From IMG/VR virus record IMGVR_UViG_3300024308_000302, positions 226,158-290,157 of that record: a DNA stretch of 64,000 nucleotides; one strand, written 5' to 3'. This document shows positions 10,731 to 20,552 of the stretch, piece by piece (position 1 is the stretch's first letter; every line of letters begins with the position of its first letter). Made by a program: the position numbers and the translations under genes. The notes beneath the pieces are model-generated. The model was not told where the DNA came from, did no database searches, and saw nothing but the letters and a program-made list of their open reading frames with translations.

Positions 10731-11042
10731 ATGGAATATATAAACGCTAACGGAATAAATAATAACTCAAATCAACCACAACCAGAAAATGAAGAAGTAG
10801 ATAAATGTATTAAATATTTAAAAAATATAATAGAAAATGATGTATATAACAAAACCACTAGCAGCTATGCTCTTAAACATTTAATAGACAAAGAAGAGAC
10901 ATATGTCTCAAATGGTGCATTTATAGAAGCATTGCGTATATTAAAAATGAGTTATGAAAGATGTTCTGAAGAGTCGCCAAATGTTTGGGTAAAATTTGAT
11001 ATAAAAGATTTAGAAAGAGCAATAAAAGAATACAAAAGTTGA
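10731..11042 (+). CDS. hypothetical protein, SYxLKH..YVSNGxFI family
   Basis: TSSYALKH..YVSNGAFIEA, a motif I recall from small phage/plasmid proteins. Confidence 0.7.
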   Translation: MEYINANGINNNSNQPQPENEEVDKCIKYLKNIIENDVYNKTTSSYALKHLIDKEETYVSNGAFIEALRILKMSYERCSEESPNVWVKFDIKDLERAIKEYKS

Positions 11043-11047
11043 TAAAA

Positions 11048-11155
11048 AAGAGGCTTCGGCCTCTTTTTATCATCACTCTACATTATTTTTTCTTCTTGCT
11101 ACGCTCATCAAACTTCTCAAATGTAGCATTTGCATATATAGAAAGATAATTTAAA
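11048..11155 (-). repeat. diverged copy of ligase 3' end + terminator + junction motif
   Basis: reads FEKFDERSKKKK* vs FGKFDSRNKNKK*; terminator aagaggcttcggcctctt; flanked by catatatagaaagat. Confidence 0.75.
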
Positions 11156-11159
11156 AAAA

Positions 11160-11741
11160 TTATGCAATTAGATCATATTTTAATTTATGATCATTGATTT
11201 TCTGTTTAAACATTTCAGTCATTTCATCTAATGTTAAAAGATGAAGATGTTCTTCTAGCTCATACCAACATCTAAAATCTTTTAAATAAGAGATAATCAT
11301 TTCTTTATCACAAGGACCAAGAAGAATATAATAAATTTTATACTTTTCACGACATGAAAACTTCTCAGTAATATACTCAGAATATTTTTTTAATTCTACT
11401 ACAAGTCTACCAATAAGTTCTTCATTTGCTTTTTTAACATTCACCGTTTTTTCTGAAATAGATTTAACTTCAATATTTAAATAATAATCCGCAAAATCGG
11501 CAATTTTAAATGCTTCTGACGACCTGAAATTACTTTCTCTCTTGTGTAACCGCACTTGGCTGTCTAAAACAAATGGAAATCTGTTGAAATATTCAGCTTT
11601 TACAGTCTCACCTTTTTTTAAAGCCATCTGATATAATTTTACTAATTTATCACGTTGATTAATAAAACAACCAATTTCTTTAAGCCTTTTTTCAACAATC
11701 TTCTCTGCTTTCTTTCCATTTATATACGAAACTTTAGACAT
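11160..11741 (-). CDS. putative PD-(D/E)XK nuclease
   Basis: N-terminal GKKAE helix; ADFADYYLNIEVKS. Confidence 0.5.
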   Translation of the reverse strand: MSKVSYINGKKAEKIVEKRLKEIGCFINQRDKLVKLYQMALKKGETVKAEYFNRFPFVLDSQVRLHKRESNFRSSEAFKIADFADYYLNIEVKSISEKTVNVKKANEELIGRLVVELKKYSEYITEKFSCREKYKIYYILLGPCDKEMIISYLKDFRCWYELEEHLHLLTLDEMTEMFKQKINDHKLKYDLIA

Positions 11742-11910
11742 TAGAATATAAACCTTTATATCTTGAATTTGAAAGTATTATAGCATGAAGACTGTTTTCA
11801 TGCTACTATTTTTTGTTGTTGGCTGAAATAAGATAGTCCATAGATTTAGTATTGAGTTGATTTTTTTTATTTTGATAATAAAATTTTAATAATTAATAAA
11901 AGAATAAAAG

Positions 11911-13041
11911 ATGACAGAAATTAAGAATATAAGAATATTATTAGAATACTATTTTAATAATTTTAAAGATGAATACGCAATAGCTACTTCAGTATTAATG
12001 TATGTAGATACAAGTAGCGAATTTGCAATAAAAAAAGAAATTGAGAAAAGAGTTGATCTTTTTGACAATAAAGATATAGACATTAAAGATAAATGTGAAA
12101 AAGTTTTTAATATTTTAGAAGATATAAAAGAAAATATTGGATTAAATTTTGGTAAAAACGAACAAATATTATATAATGAAAATAAATTTACATCAAGCTT
12201 CAAATTGCTTTCTGATTTTTGCAAAGGTGCTTCAATAATAAATTCTGCATATTCCAAGGAATATATAGATATGACAGGAAAAGGATATAAAAGAATGTTG
12301 TCACAATTATTGACAAAAATCAATAACAACTTAATTGAAGTCATTATTGAAAAAAAGAATAATAATCTTGATAGTATAGTAAAATCAGAAACTGATTATA
12401 TAAGTAATATGAAAAGTAATAAAACAAATAATGGCATAAAATTGCTTAATTATCATGCTTCAATAGAAAGGGATAGAAAAGAGTATATAGAAAATGAAAT
12501 AAAAAAAATAAATAATGATAATAAAATAATTGGTGAAGCAATAGGTTGTTTTTTGTTAAACTATCATAAAACATACGAATTTGAAATAGATCATTATACC
12601 GAATTAATAAAACACTTAAGAAAAAATATAGAGCCAAAAGAAAGAACTGAATTTGAAGGTGTGATACAAGCATCAGATTATGCTATTAGCTATTGGGCTA
12701 CTAATTTTGACAAAATAAAAAGTGAAGAACAAAAAATAAATGATGAATTTGAAAGTTGGAATTTAAAAAGCTTTCTTAGCTCTGTAGTTGCAGGAAAATT
12801 ATTGACACAGAAAAATATTGACGAATTAACTTTTATAAGTGAGTTAAGGTTTATTAACAACAATAACGGGCAAGAAATGAACAGTATTGAAGTTAAAAAA
12901 ATATTTGATAAAGCAATGGAAGAAAAACAAAAAATTAAACAAAAAGTAAAAGTAAAGGAACCAGAAATACTAAAAGAAATAGAAAAAAAAGAAGAAAAAA
13001 TAGGTTTTATAAAAAGAGGCATAAATTGGTTTTATAAATAA
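11911..13041 (+). CDS. hypothetical helical protein (cassette cargo)
   Basis: 376 aa, very A-rich; ends KIGFIKRGINWFYK. Confidence 0.75.
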   Translation: MTEIKNIRILLEYYFNNFKDEYAIATSVLMYVDTSSEFAIKKEIEKRVDLFDNKDIDIKDKCEKVFNILEDIKENIGLNFGKNEQILYNENKFTSSFKLLSDFCKGASIINSAYSKEYIDMTGKGYKRMLSQLLTKINNNLIEVIIEKKNNNLDSIVKSETDYISNMKSNKTNNGIKLLNYHASIERDRKEYIENEIKKINNDNKIIGEAIGCFLLNYHKTYEFEIDHYTELIKHLRKNIEPKERTEFEGVIQASDYAISYWATNFDKIKSEEQKINDEFESWNLKSFLSSVVAGKLLTQKNIDELTFISELRFINNNNGQEMNSIEVKKIFDKAMEEKQKIKQKVKVKEPEILKEIEKKEEKIGFIKRGINWFYK

Positions 13042-13043
13042 AG

Positions 13044-13200
13044 AAGAGGCAGAAGCCTCTTATGTTTTTGGCAGTTTCTCCGAATATTCACGCTTCTTCT
13101 AAGAAGTGGTGACACCCAAATAACCGTCCAAGGTTACATCATTTTTTGTGCTTGTTGCGACTGTCAAACTTACCAAAGCATGGAAGCCCGAAATCCTTTC
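13044..13200. repeat. 157 bp direct repeat of 15865..16020 (ligase 3' end, UTR, terminator)
   Basis: identical except 2 substitutions and a 1-nt indel. Confidence 0.97.
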
Positions 13201-13471
13201 ATATGTAGAAAGATCATGTAAAGTTTTATTTATCATACTCATTAAAATATTGAATTTACTTACTGTACAGAATATCTTAAAACTAAGATGTATCTGATAT
13301 ACAACATATTTTTATAAATATATTTTTGAAATTAATTAATGAAGATTATAATTATAAAAAAAGGAAAATAAAATCAATGAAATGCACTATTGATTTTCAA
13401 AAAAATAAAAAGTATCATAGTAAAAACACTAATTTTTTTTAGATAAGTATAGAAATAATTAAGGAGATATT

Positions 13472-13660
13472 ATGACAACTAAAGCAGAAATATATAACGA
13501 AAAAGATGAGTTAATAAATACTTTTGAAGGTGTTAATTTAATTCCAATAAAAGATGGAAGTTCAATATTCGCAAATAGTTCATCGCAAAGACCAGTATTA
13601 TATTATAATTTAAAACCGGGCCATTATATTAAGAATATATTAACATCAATAACTAAATAA
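13472..13660 (+). CDS. small hypothetical protein (cassette cargo)
   Basis: 62 aa, AAGGAG RBS. Confidence 0.7.
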   Translation: MTTKAEIYNEKDELINTFEGVNLIPIKDGSSIFANSSSQRPVLYYNLKPGHYIKNILTSITK

Positions 13661-13681
13661 ACAAGATAAAAATAGAATAAA

Positions 13682-13795
13682 AAAGAGGCTACTGCCTCTT
13701 TTTTTTACCATCATACTATATCAATTTTTCTTCTTATAACGTTCATAAAAATTGAAGAATGAAGCAAAACTAAAATCTTTAAATATGTCAAAAGT
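13682..13795 (-). repeat. diverged copy of ligase 3' end + terminator + junction motif
   Basis: 13777..13721 reads DFSFASFFNFYERYKKKN*, same 19-codon register as DFGLPCFGKFDSRNKNKK*; flanked by atatgtcaaaag. Confidence 0.65.
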
Positions 13796-13805
13796 AATTA
13801 AACTT

Positions 13806-15443
13806 TTAAATAACATCAATAACAAGATTAATTGCAAAAGAATTATTAAGAAGATCTGATTTTAAGTCAGGATAACCAGCATAAATATTATTTGTTATAG
13901 CCACTCTAATTGGTTCATATAAATTATCTTCTAAATATGTTTTTAAATTATCATCTTGTATCGAATCTATGATTTCGTCAAATAAATCATTAAAATCTTC
14001 TAAGCAATAATTTAAGATCTCGCTTTTACTAATAGTTGAAAGAAAAGGAATATTGAAATTTTTCAAATTTAAAGAATTTCCACCTTTGGACAAATAAATA
14101 TAAACACAATTTTTAAAAGAATAAAATAATTTATAGTATAAAATATAATTGACTAATTTTTTTCGATAAACAGCTTTCATTTTATTACTGATAACTTTTC
14201 TTTTGGCTGCTTTATATTTATTAGTAGAGAAAAAGAGTTCCAAGAAACTTGGGTTATCTTTCAAAGAATCAGAATAGGCATTAAATAAATCATAAATAAT
14301 ATCTATGTTATTTATTTTTTTGAGCATATTTTTAGGACAATAATATATGCCAATTTTATTTGACGACAAAGAATCGCAATTATTGTTGATATTTTTAAGA
14401 TGCCATTTTTTGTTTTGTTTTTTTAATTCATTAAAATAAGTATTTTTTGCTTTAATTTCTTTATTTTTTTCTTTCATTGTTTTTAAAATGGTGCTCTCTT
14501 TATATATTGGTGGATTACACAGTATACAAACGTTATTTCTGGCATATGATTTTCTTATGCCTTTTATTGAACAATTAACACAATTAATAGTTTTTAACTT
14601 TAAAAATTTTCTACAAATGTAACAAGAAAAAGAATCTGATGATCTTGATAATTTTATCAGGGTTTTATAATCATGATAATGCTCTCCAAAAAAATTAACA
14701 CAATTTGGACATTTAACTTTATCGATTACAACAGGTATTCTGAAAATAACATCATTATATGAAGAATGATTAAAAAGAATAATAAAGTGTTTTAAATCAT
14801 CATAAAGAAAATAAGTAGGCAATTTATTTATGCTTAAATGTTTATTTATTGTATACAAAGGCATTAAAGAAACAGCAGCTACAAAATAATTAGAACGTGC
14901 CAAATTGGTAAGATTATTAATCATATCTTTCCTAAAATATAAAAAATAATCTATTAAAAATTGTTTTTTCTTACTCAAAACAAAATAACAAACAATATAG
15001 TCATTTAAAATTTTATTTAAATCATTTTTAATATTTTCTACATTGAAAAGGTATGAAGTGTGGCTGTCAGCATTTCGCTTTGAATTAATATCATAAAATA
15101 ACAAATTGAAATCATTATAATTAATTGGATTTTTTTCGAAAAAATCATTACCATGTAGACTCTTAACAATATCAATTAGAATCGATGCATTTACTGATCT
15201 TATGGTATTACCTGTTTCAGAAGAGATATTAGCGTTTACATCTTTTTCAACAACTAAGCCTCGTAATGTGAGTTCACAATAATCATGTAAAGATGAATAA
15301 AGCTCTGTATAAAATAAATTAATATTACGCTTCCCAATATAACCAGAATCTATAAATGCTGAAATATTGAAAAAATTCTCAAAGAAAATGGCATTAGCTT
15401 TATTATAGAAAAGATCTGGATCTGAATTAAACATTTTACTCAT
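13806..15443 (-). CDS. putative HEPN-domain / zinc-ribbon protein
   Basis: AGGAGG RBS before MSKMF; RNADSH (R-N-x3-H); CPNC, CYIC, CVNC, CILC. Confidence 0.55.
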   Translation of the reverse strand: MSKMFNSDPDLFYNKANAIFFENFFNISAFIDSGYIGKRNINLFYTELYSSLHDYCELTLRGLVVEKDVNANISSETGNTIRSVNASILIDIVKSLHGNDFFEKNPINYNDFNLLFYDINSKRNADSHTSYLFNVENIKNDLNKILNDYIVCYFVLSKKKQFLIDYFLYFRKDMINNLTNLARSNYFVAAVSLMPLYTINKHLSINKLPTYFLYDDLKHFIILFNHSSYNDVIFRIPVVIDKVKCPNCVNFFGEHYHDYKTLIKLSRSSDSFSCYICRKFLKLKTINCVNCSIKGIRKSYARNNVCILCNPPIYKESTILKTMKEKNKEIKAKNTYFNELKKQNKKWHLKNINNNCDSLSSNKIGIYYCPKNMLKKINNIDIIYDLFNAYSDSLKDNPSFLELFFSTNKYKAAKRKVISNKMKAVYRKKLVNYILYYKLFYSFKNCVYIYLSKGGNSLNLKNFNIPFLSTISKSEILNYCLEDFNDLFDEIIDSIQDDNLKTYLEDNLYEPIRVAITNNIYAGYPDLKSDLLNNSFAINLVIDVI

Positions 15444-15864
15444 AAAACCTCCTAAATTAAAATTTATATCCAATATTACATAATATATCATAAATAAAGT
15501 AGTCTTTAAAAAAATAGAGTCTTTTTGAACTATGAAAATAGGTAATAAAAATAAAACCAACTATTTTTATATCTTTATATCATATAAATTAATAAAAAAT
15601 ATACAAAAAAGACATATAACGTGTAATATATTATAAATAAAGTAAATTGTTAATACAAATATATTATTGAAAAATGAAAATATTTTTTACGTTTTTTATA
15701 AATCTAAACGAAGATTTATAAAGTTAATTTATATATAATAATGCTTATTTTATAAGCTTATTTCTTAAGTTTTTGAACAAATACATATAAAACAGCAATT
15801 TTAGAACATTTTTTATCAATATATGTAAAAATAAAAACGTGAAGTTTTTTTAATAGAAATAAAA

Positions 15865-16020
15865 AAGAGGCCGAAGCCTCTTATGTTTTTGGCAGTTTCT
15901 CCGAATATTCACGCTTCTTCTAAGAAGTGGTGACACCCAAATAACCGTCCAAGGTACATCATTTTTTGTTCTTGTTGCGACTGTCAAACTTACCAAAGCA
16001 TGGAAGCCCGAAATCCTTTC
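15865..16020. repeat. 156 bp direct repeat of 13044..13200
   Basis: covers last 62 nt of ligase gene, 3' UTR and terminator. Confidence 0.97.
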
Positions 16021-16612
16021 TCCTTAATTTAGCATAACGCCCATCAGGATGGTGGAAAACAAGTCCTTCTTCGTTTTCAAACTTGTCTTCGAAAAGTTTT
16101 TTCAAACCTTCAAAAGAGAAGTCAGTCACTTCAAACGCAACACTACCATGTTCCCAGAGTTCGTGGCGAGTAAGGTTGTAGGGGTTGCCATTAACCTTTG
16201 GGCCAACAAGTTCGTAGGTTTTGCCATCCTTCAACTCTCCAGAATTTGCAAGAGCCTCAAGGTGAAACTTGTCCTCTGGACCTTCACCAACAGGAACCCA
16301 GTGTGGGAAATGCAGGCTATGAGCAGCAGGCTTAGCTTCACAAGGAATAGCACCTGCTGGAACCTCATTGAACATATGGTCTTCTGGTACAAACTTATCG
16401 CCCAATTTACGAGCCAATTTCGAGAAATTCGATTTCAGCTTGCGGTCAAAGCGTTTAAACAGTTTGCCATCCTTGAAGTAGGCAGACGAACCATCAAACT
16501 TGATAGTAGCCTTGCCTTCACCACGAACAACCCATTCCGCACCCGGAGTAACAACATCGGTAGCAAGATCAGTATTACGGTCAATCACGAACAGAGTTTT
16601 GATTTTTTTCAT
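15959..16612 (-). CDS. DUF5565 / C12orf29-like ATP-dependent (RNA) ligase
   Basis: KFDG adenylation motif, TYELVGPKVNGNP, EGLVFH..AKLRRKDFG. Confidence 0.75.
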   Translation of the reverse strand: MKKIKTLFVIDRNTDLATDVVTPGAEWVVRGEGKATIKFDGSSAYFKDGKLFKRFDRKLKSNFSKLARKLGDKFVPEDHMFNEVPAGAIPCEAKPAAHSLHFPHWVPVGEGPEDKFHLEALANSGELKDGKTYELVGPKVNGNPYNLTRHELWEHGSVAFEVTDFSFEGLKKLFEDKFENEEGLVFHHPDGRYAKLRRKDFGLPCFGKFDSRNKNKK

Positions 16613-16692
16613 GTTAAATCTCCTAAATAGATTAAAGTAGTTTTCGAATCCAACCGCCTCTATTTAAGGGTTTCCCCTCTGTTTGTGAAGCT

Positions 16693-16721
16693 AGTATAGC
16701 AAAACACGACCTATTGTGCAA
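16693..16721 (-). promoter_or_regulatory. sigma70-like promoter of ligase gene
   Basis: TTGCAC-17 nt-TATACT with extended -10 TG. Confidence 0.7.
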
Positions 16722-16754
16722 GATTTTTTTTAACCAATGATATCGAAATTACTA

Positions 16755-17402
16755 TCAAATAATTAACATCCTGAGTGTAATTAGATTATTTTCAAATTCA
16801 CTAGTATTAATACGATAAGCACCATCAAAGTACCATTCTGGAAACAATTCCTTTGTAATTTCTTTATCATCATTGAGAAATACTTCAAGAAGCCTAAATT
16901 CATCATCTAATGGACAAAGCATATTACGATGCTTAGTAACGTTCAAAACAATATCTTGACTTGATTTTGATTTAAGATAATGAAGCGATTGATATTCAAA
17001 GTTGCTATCATATGAAATTGAGATTTTGTAACCTAACATGCCAGATTTAGAGCATCTTTTTACAATCGTATAAGATAAATCGACATTTGATATAATACCA
17101 TTATTGTCAGTAGTAACTATACAATTACTTCCAAAAACAATATTACTATTAAGCTGTTTTAAAAAATGAGAAATAGGCAATATCGGACTTAAACCAGTTA
17201 GCTCGATTTTTTGATTGTTGTAGGCATAAAACTTATCAAAATTTTTGATATTCTGTTGTTCGCTCATAAAAGAACTGTCAAATTTATTGAATACCAATCG
17301 TGCAATATTGCTTACAAAAGATTGAGCTTGTTTCTTTTTTTTCATAGCTGCATCATAGTTTTCTTGATAAACACTATAATTTGATTTTAAGGTAGGCGTC
17401 AT
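16755..17402 (-). CDS. hypothetical protein with C-terminal signature, related to 55936..56898
   Basis: ELFPEW..AYRINTSEFENNLITLRMLII*. Confidence 0.8.
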   Translation of the reverse strand: MTPTLKSNYSVYQENYDAAMKKKKQAQSFVSNIARLVFNKFDSSFMSEQQNIKNFDKFYAYNNQKIELTGLSPILPISHFLKQLNSNIVFGSNCIVTTDNNGIISNVDLSYTIVKRCSKSGMLGYKISISYDSNFEYQSLHYLKSKSSQDIVLNVTKHRNMLCPLDDEFRLLEVFLNDDKEITKELFPEWYFDGAYRINTSEFENNLITLRMLII

Positions 17403-17416
17403 AATTAATTACCTTT

Positions 17417-17674
17417 TTAAATAAAAAGTCGAGTAAAATCAACAATAACATCTCTATTATTGTTGCATTGTTTACCACAGCATTTACATTTACGATTTGA
17501 CTTTTGAATGTCTTCCAAAACAGCCAAAGCTCGCTTGTTAGCAGCGATAGCTCTTGATTCAGCTTCTTTTGCTCTAGCTAAAGCATAATCAGCACGAGCA
17601 AACAAATCAGTCAGGTTGGACAATGATTTTAACTCCTTTACCATTCGTATATTCAGGCAAGCTGCTCCAAACAT
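17417..17674 (-). CDS. small coiled-coil protein with CKCCGKQC; start uncertain
   Basis: overlaps upstream gene. Confidence 0.5.
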   Translation of the reverse strand: MFGAACLNIRMVKELKSLSNLTDLFARADYALARAKEAESRAIAANKRALAVLEDIQKSNRKCKCCGKQCNNNRDVIVDFTRLFI

Positions 17675-18188
17675 AAAGGTTATCTACAAAATGTGGTGGT
17701 TCAACACGTTCAATTTCAAGAGCTTCTGCCATTTTTGTTGCACGAGTAATAGCTTCTTCTGAAGTTAAGAAACTTGCAATGATTACTGTATTTTCGACTT
17801 CATATTTGATAATTGCACCATTATCTTCTGGATCAAAAGATGGCCTATAACCACTGACACCACGTTTAACGTTTTGAATGATAATCGAATAGGATTGATC
17901 ATTACTGGGGTCATAATCAAGGTACTTAAGTTCATAACAAATAGCAAAATTACCTTTGCCAAAGTCTTCAAAATTCTTCCATCCCATAACAGAACGACCT
18001 GTAGCCCCACTGGTCCAATCTTTTTTCGTAATATAGACTAAAGTTCCTTTGGACAATCCATAAACATCCTGATTGAGAACTGTTTTAATAATGCAATCTT
18101 TTAATTGTTTAGTCTCATCCAAATTGTCTGTTTTTTTTGGGGTGCTCTCACCAAAAATTAAATCACCAAACTTTTTAAGACCATCCAT
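17607..18188 (-). CDS. hypothetical protein, paralog of 48472..49032
   Basis: YITKKDWTSG / YINRKDWFSG; both end in PD*. Confidence 0.85.
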   Translation of the reverse strand: MDGLKKFGDLIFGESTPKKTDNLDETKQLKDCIIKTVLNQDVYGLSKGTLVYITKKDWTSGATGRSVMGWKNFEDFGKGNFAICYELKYLDYDPSNDQSYSIIIQNVKRGVSGYRPSFDPEDNGAIIKYEVENTVIIASFLTSEEAITRATKMAEALEIERVEPPHFVDNLYVWSSLPEYTNGKGVKIIVQPD

Positions 18189-18296
18189 AATGTTCTCCTT
18201 AGATTTAGGTGTATTATATCAAATTTTTGAAAATTACTCAAGCGATAAACATCATTTCAAAAAGTCAAGGTATAATCATTCAGGATTTTGGTGTCC

Positions 18297-19247
18297 TTAA
18301 CCTTTAAATTTGTTACAAACTTGAATCTTTTGTTTTTCATTTTTACGCTGGAAATTCAACTTATAGAAAACCATCTGGTTGAGCACATCAAGCGTATACG
18401 CGGCATCATTGCCAGCAACATGCAGTCTCAAATAAGGAATATCAAATGTACGAAGGGCTGTTCGAAGAGAAGCTGTCTCATTTTTAACATGATCACTGTT
18501 CAAGAAATGAAACTCATTTTTTGAAACATAAGAAGTATCAATGAAATTCATATTCTCAATAAACTCTTCTTCAAGGCCAAGCTGTTTCAGAATACTAATT
18601 TCAGTACAAAGATTATGGCCAACCAAATAATCACAATCAGAAAAATGCTCTTTGAAAATATCCAAAATAGCAGTTTTGTCGATATTGGAGGTTTCACCAT
18701 AGTTAAAACGGTCTTTAGACTCATTTGAGAAAGAATAGTTGTATGACATTCTTTGGCCATTTACTTGAATAGAAACACCCATTTCAAGCGGTTCAAAGTA
18801 ATCACCAATGGTTACAAATTCAAAATCAAGAGCCATTAATTTCTTATCAGCAATATTTGTAGGCAATGGCCGATTGAATGACTCAATTAAATTTGATTTC
18901 TTTTTTTTCTTAGTAACACAAGCTTCCTGACGCAATAGCTCAAGTTCACGCAAATCATTTAAAGAGTTCACAAAAAAGCAGGCGTCTACTTCTGTAACTG
19001 TACTTTTCTCATAAGGTGCTGTTTTTTTCTTGATTCGAAAACGTTTATAAAGCTCGTTTTGAAATAATTGAAAAGATTCAACATCAATATAGAGCAATGA
19101 ATTTTGAGTGTAGATTTTAGAGAAAATTTTAAGGTCAATAAGGTTTTCAGAGGTAAAAAACTTTTTAACAGCAGCAATTTTTTCAGATTCTTCCAATGGA
19201 ATTCGGTTAAATGTTACGCCACGAATTTTGTCAATATTGTAGTACAT
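18297..19247 (-). CDS. DEDDh 3'-5' exonuclease
   Basis: ALDFEF, LVGHN, FIDT, LHVAGNDAAYT motifs. Confidence 0.8.
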   Translation of the reverse strand: MYYNIDKIRGVTFNRIPLEESEKIAAVKKFFTSENLIDLKIFSKIYTQNSLLYIDVESFQLFQNELYKRFRIKKKTAPYEKSTVTEVDACFFVNSLNDLRELELLRQEACVTKKKKKSNLIESFNRPLPTNIADKKLMALDFEFVTIGDYFEPLEMGVSIQVNGQRMSYNYSFSNESKDRFNYGETSNIDKTAILDIFKEHFSDCDYLVGHNLCTEISILKQLGLEEEFIENMNFIDTSYVSKNEFHFLNSDHVKNETASLRTALRTFDIPYLRLHVAGNDAAYTLDVLNQMVFYKLNFQRKNEKQKIQVCNKFKG

Positions 19248-19358
19248 GACAACCTCATATTCTTTAAAAGATAGCTGATTGTATCATGATCCAAAATAAA
19301 AATGAACCCCCATACGTCGAGAAAATAAAAACCACCCGAAGGTGGTATAATATAACAT

Positions 19359-20402
19359 TTAAAATCTTGCCATTTTTAAAATTTCAAAATCTTTAATATT
19401 GATTTCTTCTGCTGCAATATCCAAATTTTTCTTAAAAATCTCAGCAATATCATCCCTAAGAGCCTTATGAATATTATCAACACCATCAAAAGAGATTGTT
19501 TTAAAATTATGTGATGATCTAATATCAATTTTTCTATAAGAAATAAAATGATTTTCAGTAGTAACAACAAAAAATCTATGAAAATCCGATGGAGTATCTT
19601 CAATATTTATAGTATAACAATCATAATGGTCTTTAAATTTATTAGGATCAATCTCTAAAGTAATAAATCCTTTCAATGAATTAAATTCTTGTTTACTACC
19701 TGTCAAATTTATATAAAAAGCCAATGGATAAAATACTGAAACAATATCATCTAATTTAGACTTTGAAAAAAATGGACTTAAAGCTTTTCTTATTGATTTT
19801 GGATGCAAATCAAATTTAATCGAATTTGAACCATCATTTGTTTCAATATATTTACTTTTTAATTCATCTTCACTCATGTAAACAAAAGAATTATCAGGAA
19901 TTTTTGATGTAATAATATCTACATAATCCAAAGCCAATTTATCAATAAATTCTTTTAAAGTAATATTTTTTGGCATAATATCTTGTAATTTTCTTAAAAG
20001 TTCTGAATAGCACTTATCATAAGCAGAACCAGCCAACATTTCACTAAAGGTATATCTATTATTAAAGAGATCAATATAAATATTTTCAAGGGTCTGATTT
20101 TTTCTAATAGCAAATTTAAGATCCCCAAAGAAAAAAACTAATTTATCTATATAAAACCCAACACAAACTTTATCTGCTTTTTTTTGAAGATCCCCATAAA
20201 GAACAGATGAACGAAGATCTGACAAATTTTTTAATTGATCAAATTTTCGATAATCAATTTTAAACATTTCATCAAGAAATATAAAAGTATTTGCATCTGC
20301 TTCGAACATATAGACATCAGAATTTATACTGGAAGATTTCATTTTTGAGAAATCATAAAGTTCATGAAGACGTTCTTTTTTTTGAGTCATAAGATCTGTC
20401 AC
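19359..20402 (-). CDS. paralog family A protein with C-terminal signature
   Basis: GTG start after GGAGG; ends FEILKMARF*. Confidence 0.8.
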   Translation of the reverse strand: MTDLMTQKKERLHELYDFSKMKSSSINSDVYMFEADANTFIFLDEMFKIDYRKFDQLKNLSDLRSSVLYGDLQKKADKVCVGFYIDKLVFFFGDLKFAIRKNQTLENIYIDLFNNRYTFSEMLAGSAYDKCYSELLRKLQDIMPKNITLKEFIDKLALDYVDIITSKIPDNSFVYMSEDELKSKYIETNDGSNSIKFDLHPKSIRKALSPFFSKSKLDDIVSVFYPLAFYINLTGSKQEFNSLKGFITLEIDPNKFKDHYDCYTINIEDTPSDFHRFFVVTTENHFISYRKIDIRSSHNFKTISFDGVDNIHKALRDDIAEIFKKNLDIAAEEINIKDFEILKMARF

Positions 20403-20552
20403 AAGTGTACCTCCAAATATCCAAATATAAAATGAATTTAAACTTTGAGCTATGATTATATCAATATAGGGAAAAATTTGCAATATTTATTCAGAGAATA
20501 AAAAATACCACTCGAAAGTGGCATCTTATGTAAATTATGTAACTGAAGAACA

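Noticed and set aside
15695-15722. Inverted repeat tttataaatct..agatttataaa in the AT-rich gap
   Set aside because: Single low-complexity occurrence with no supporting context.
16028-16055. XerD-arm-like TTATGCTAAAT on the minus strand close to the cassette junction
   Set aside because: No credible XerC arm at 6-8 bp spacing, the sequence is explained by R-Y-A-K-L codons, and it lies outside the duplicated segment.
16049-16630. 193 aa plus-strand ORF and similar antisense ORFs (e.g. 51624..52229, 57447..57836, 46533..46883)
   Set aside because: Shadow frames opposite well-supported genes; no RBS or motifs seen.
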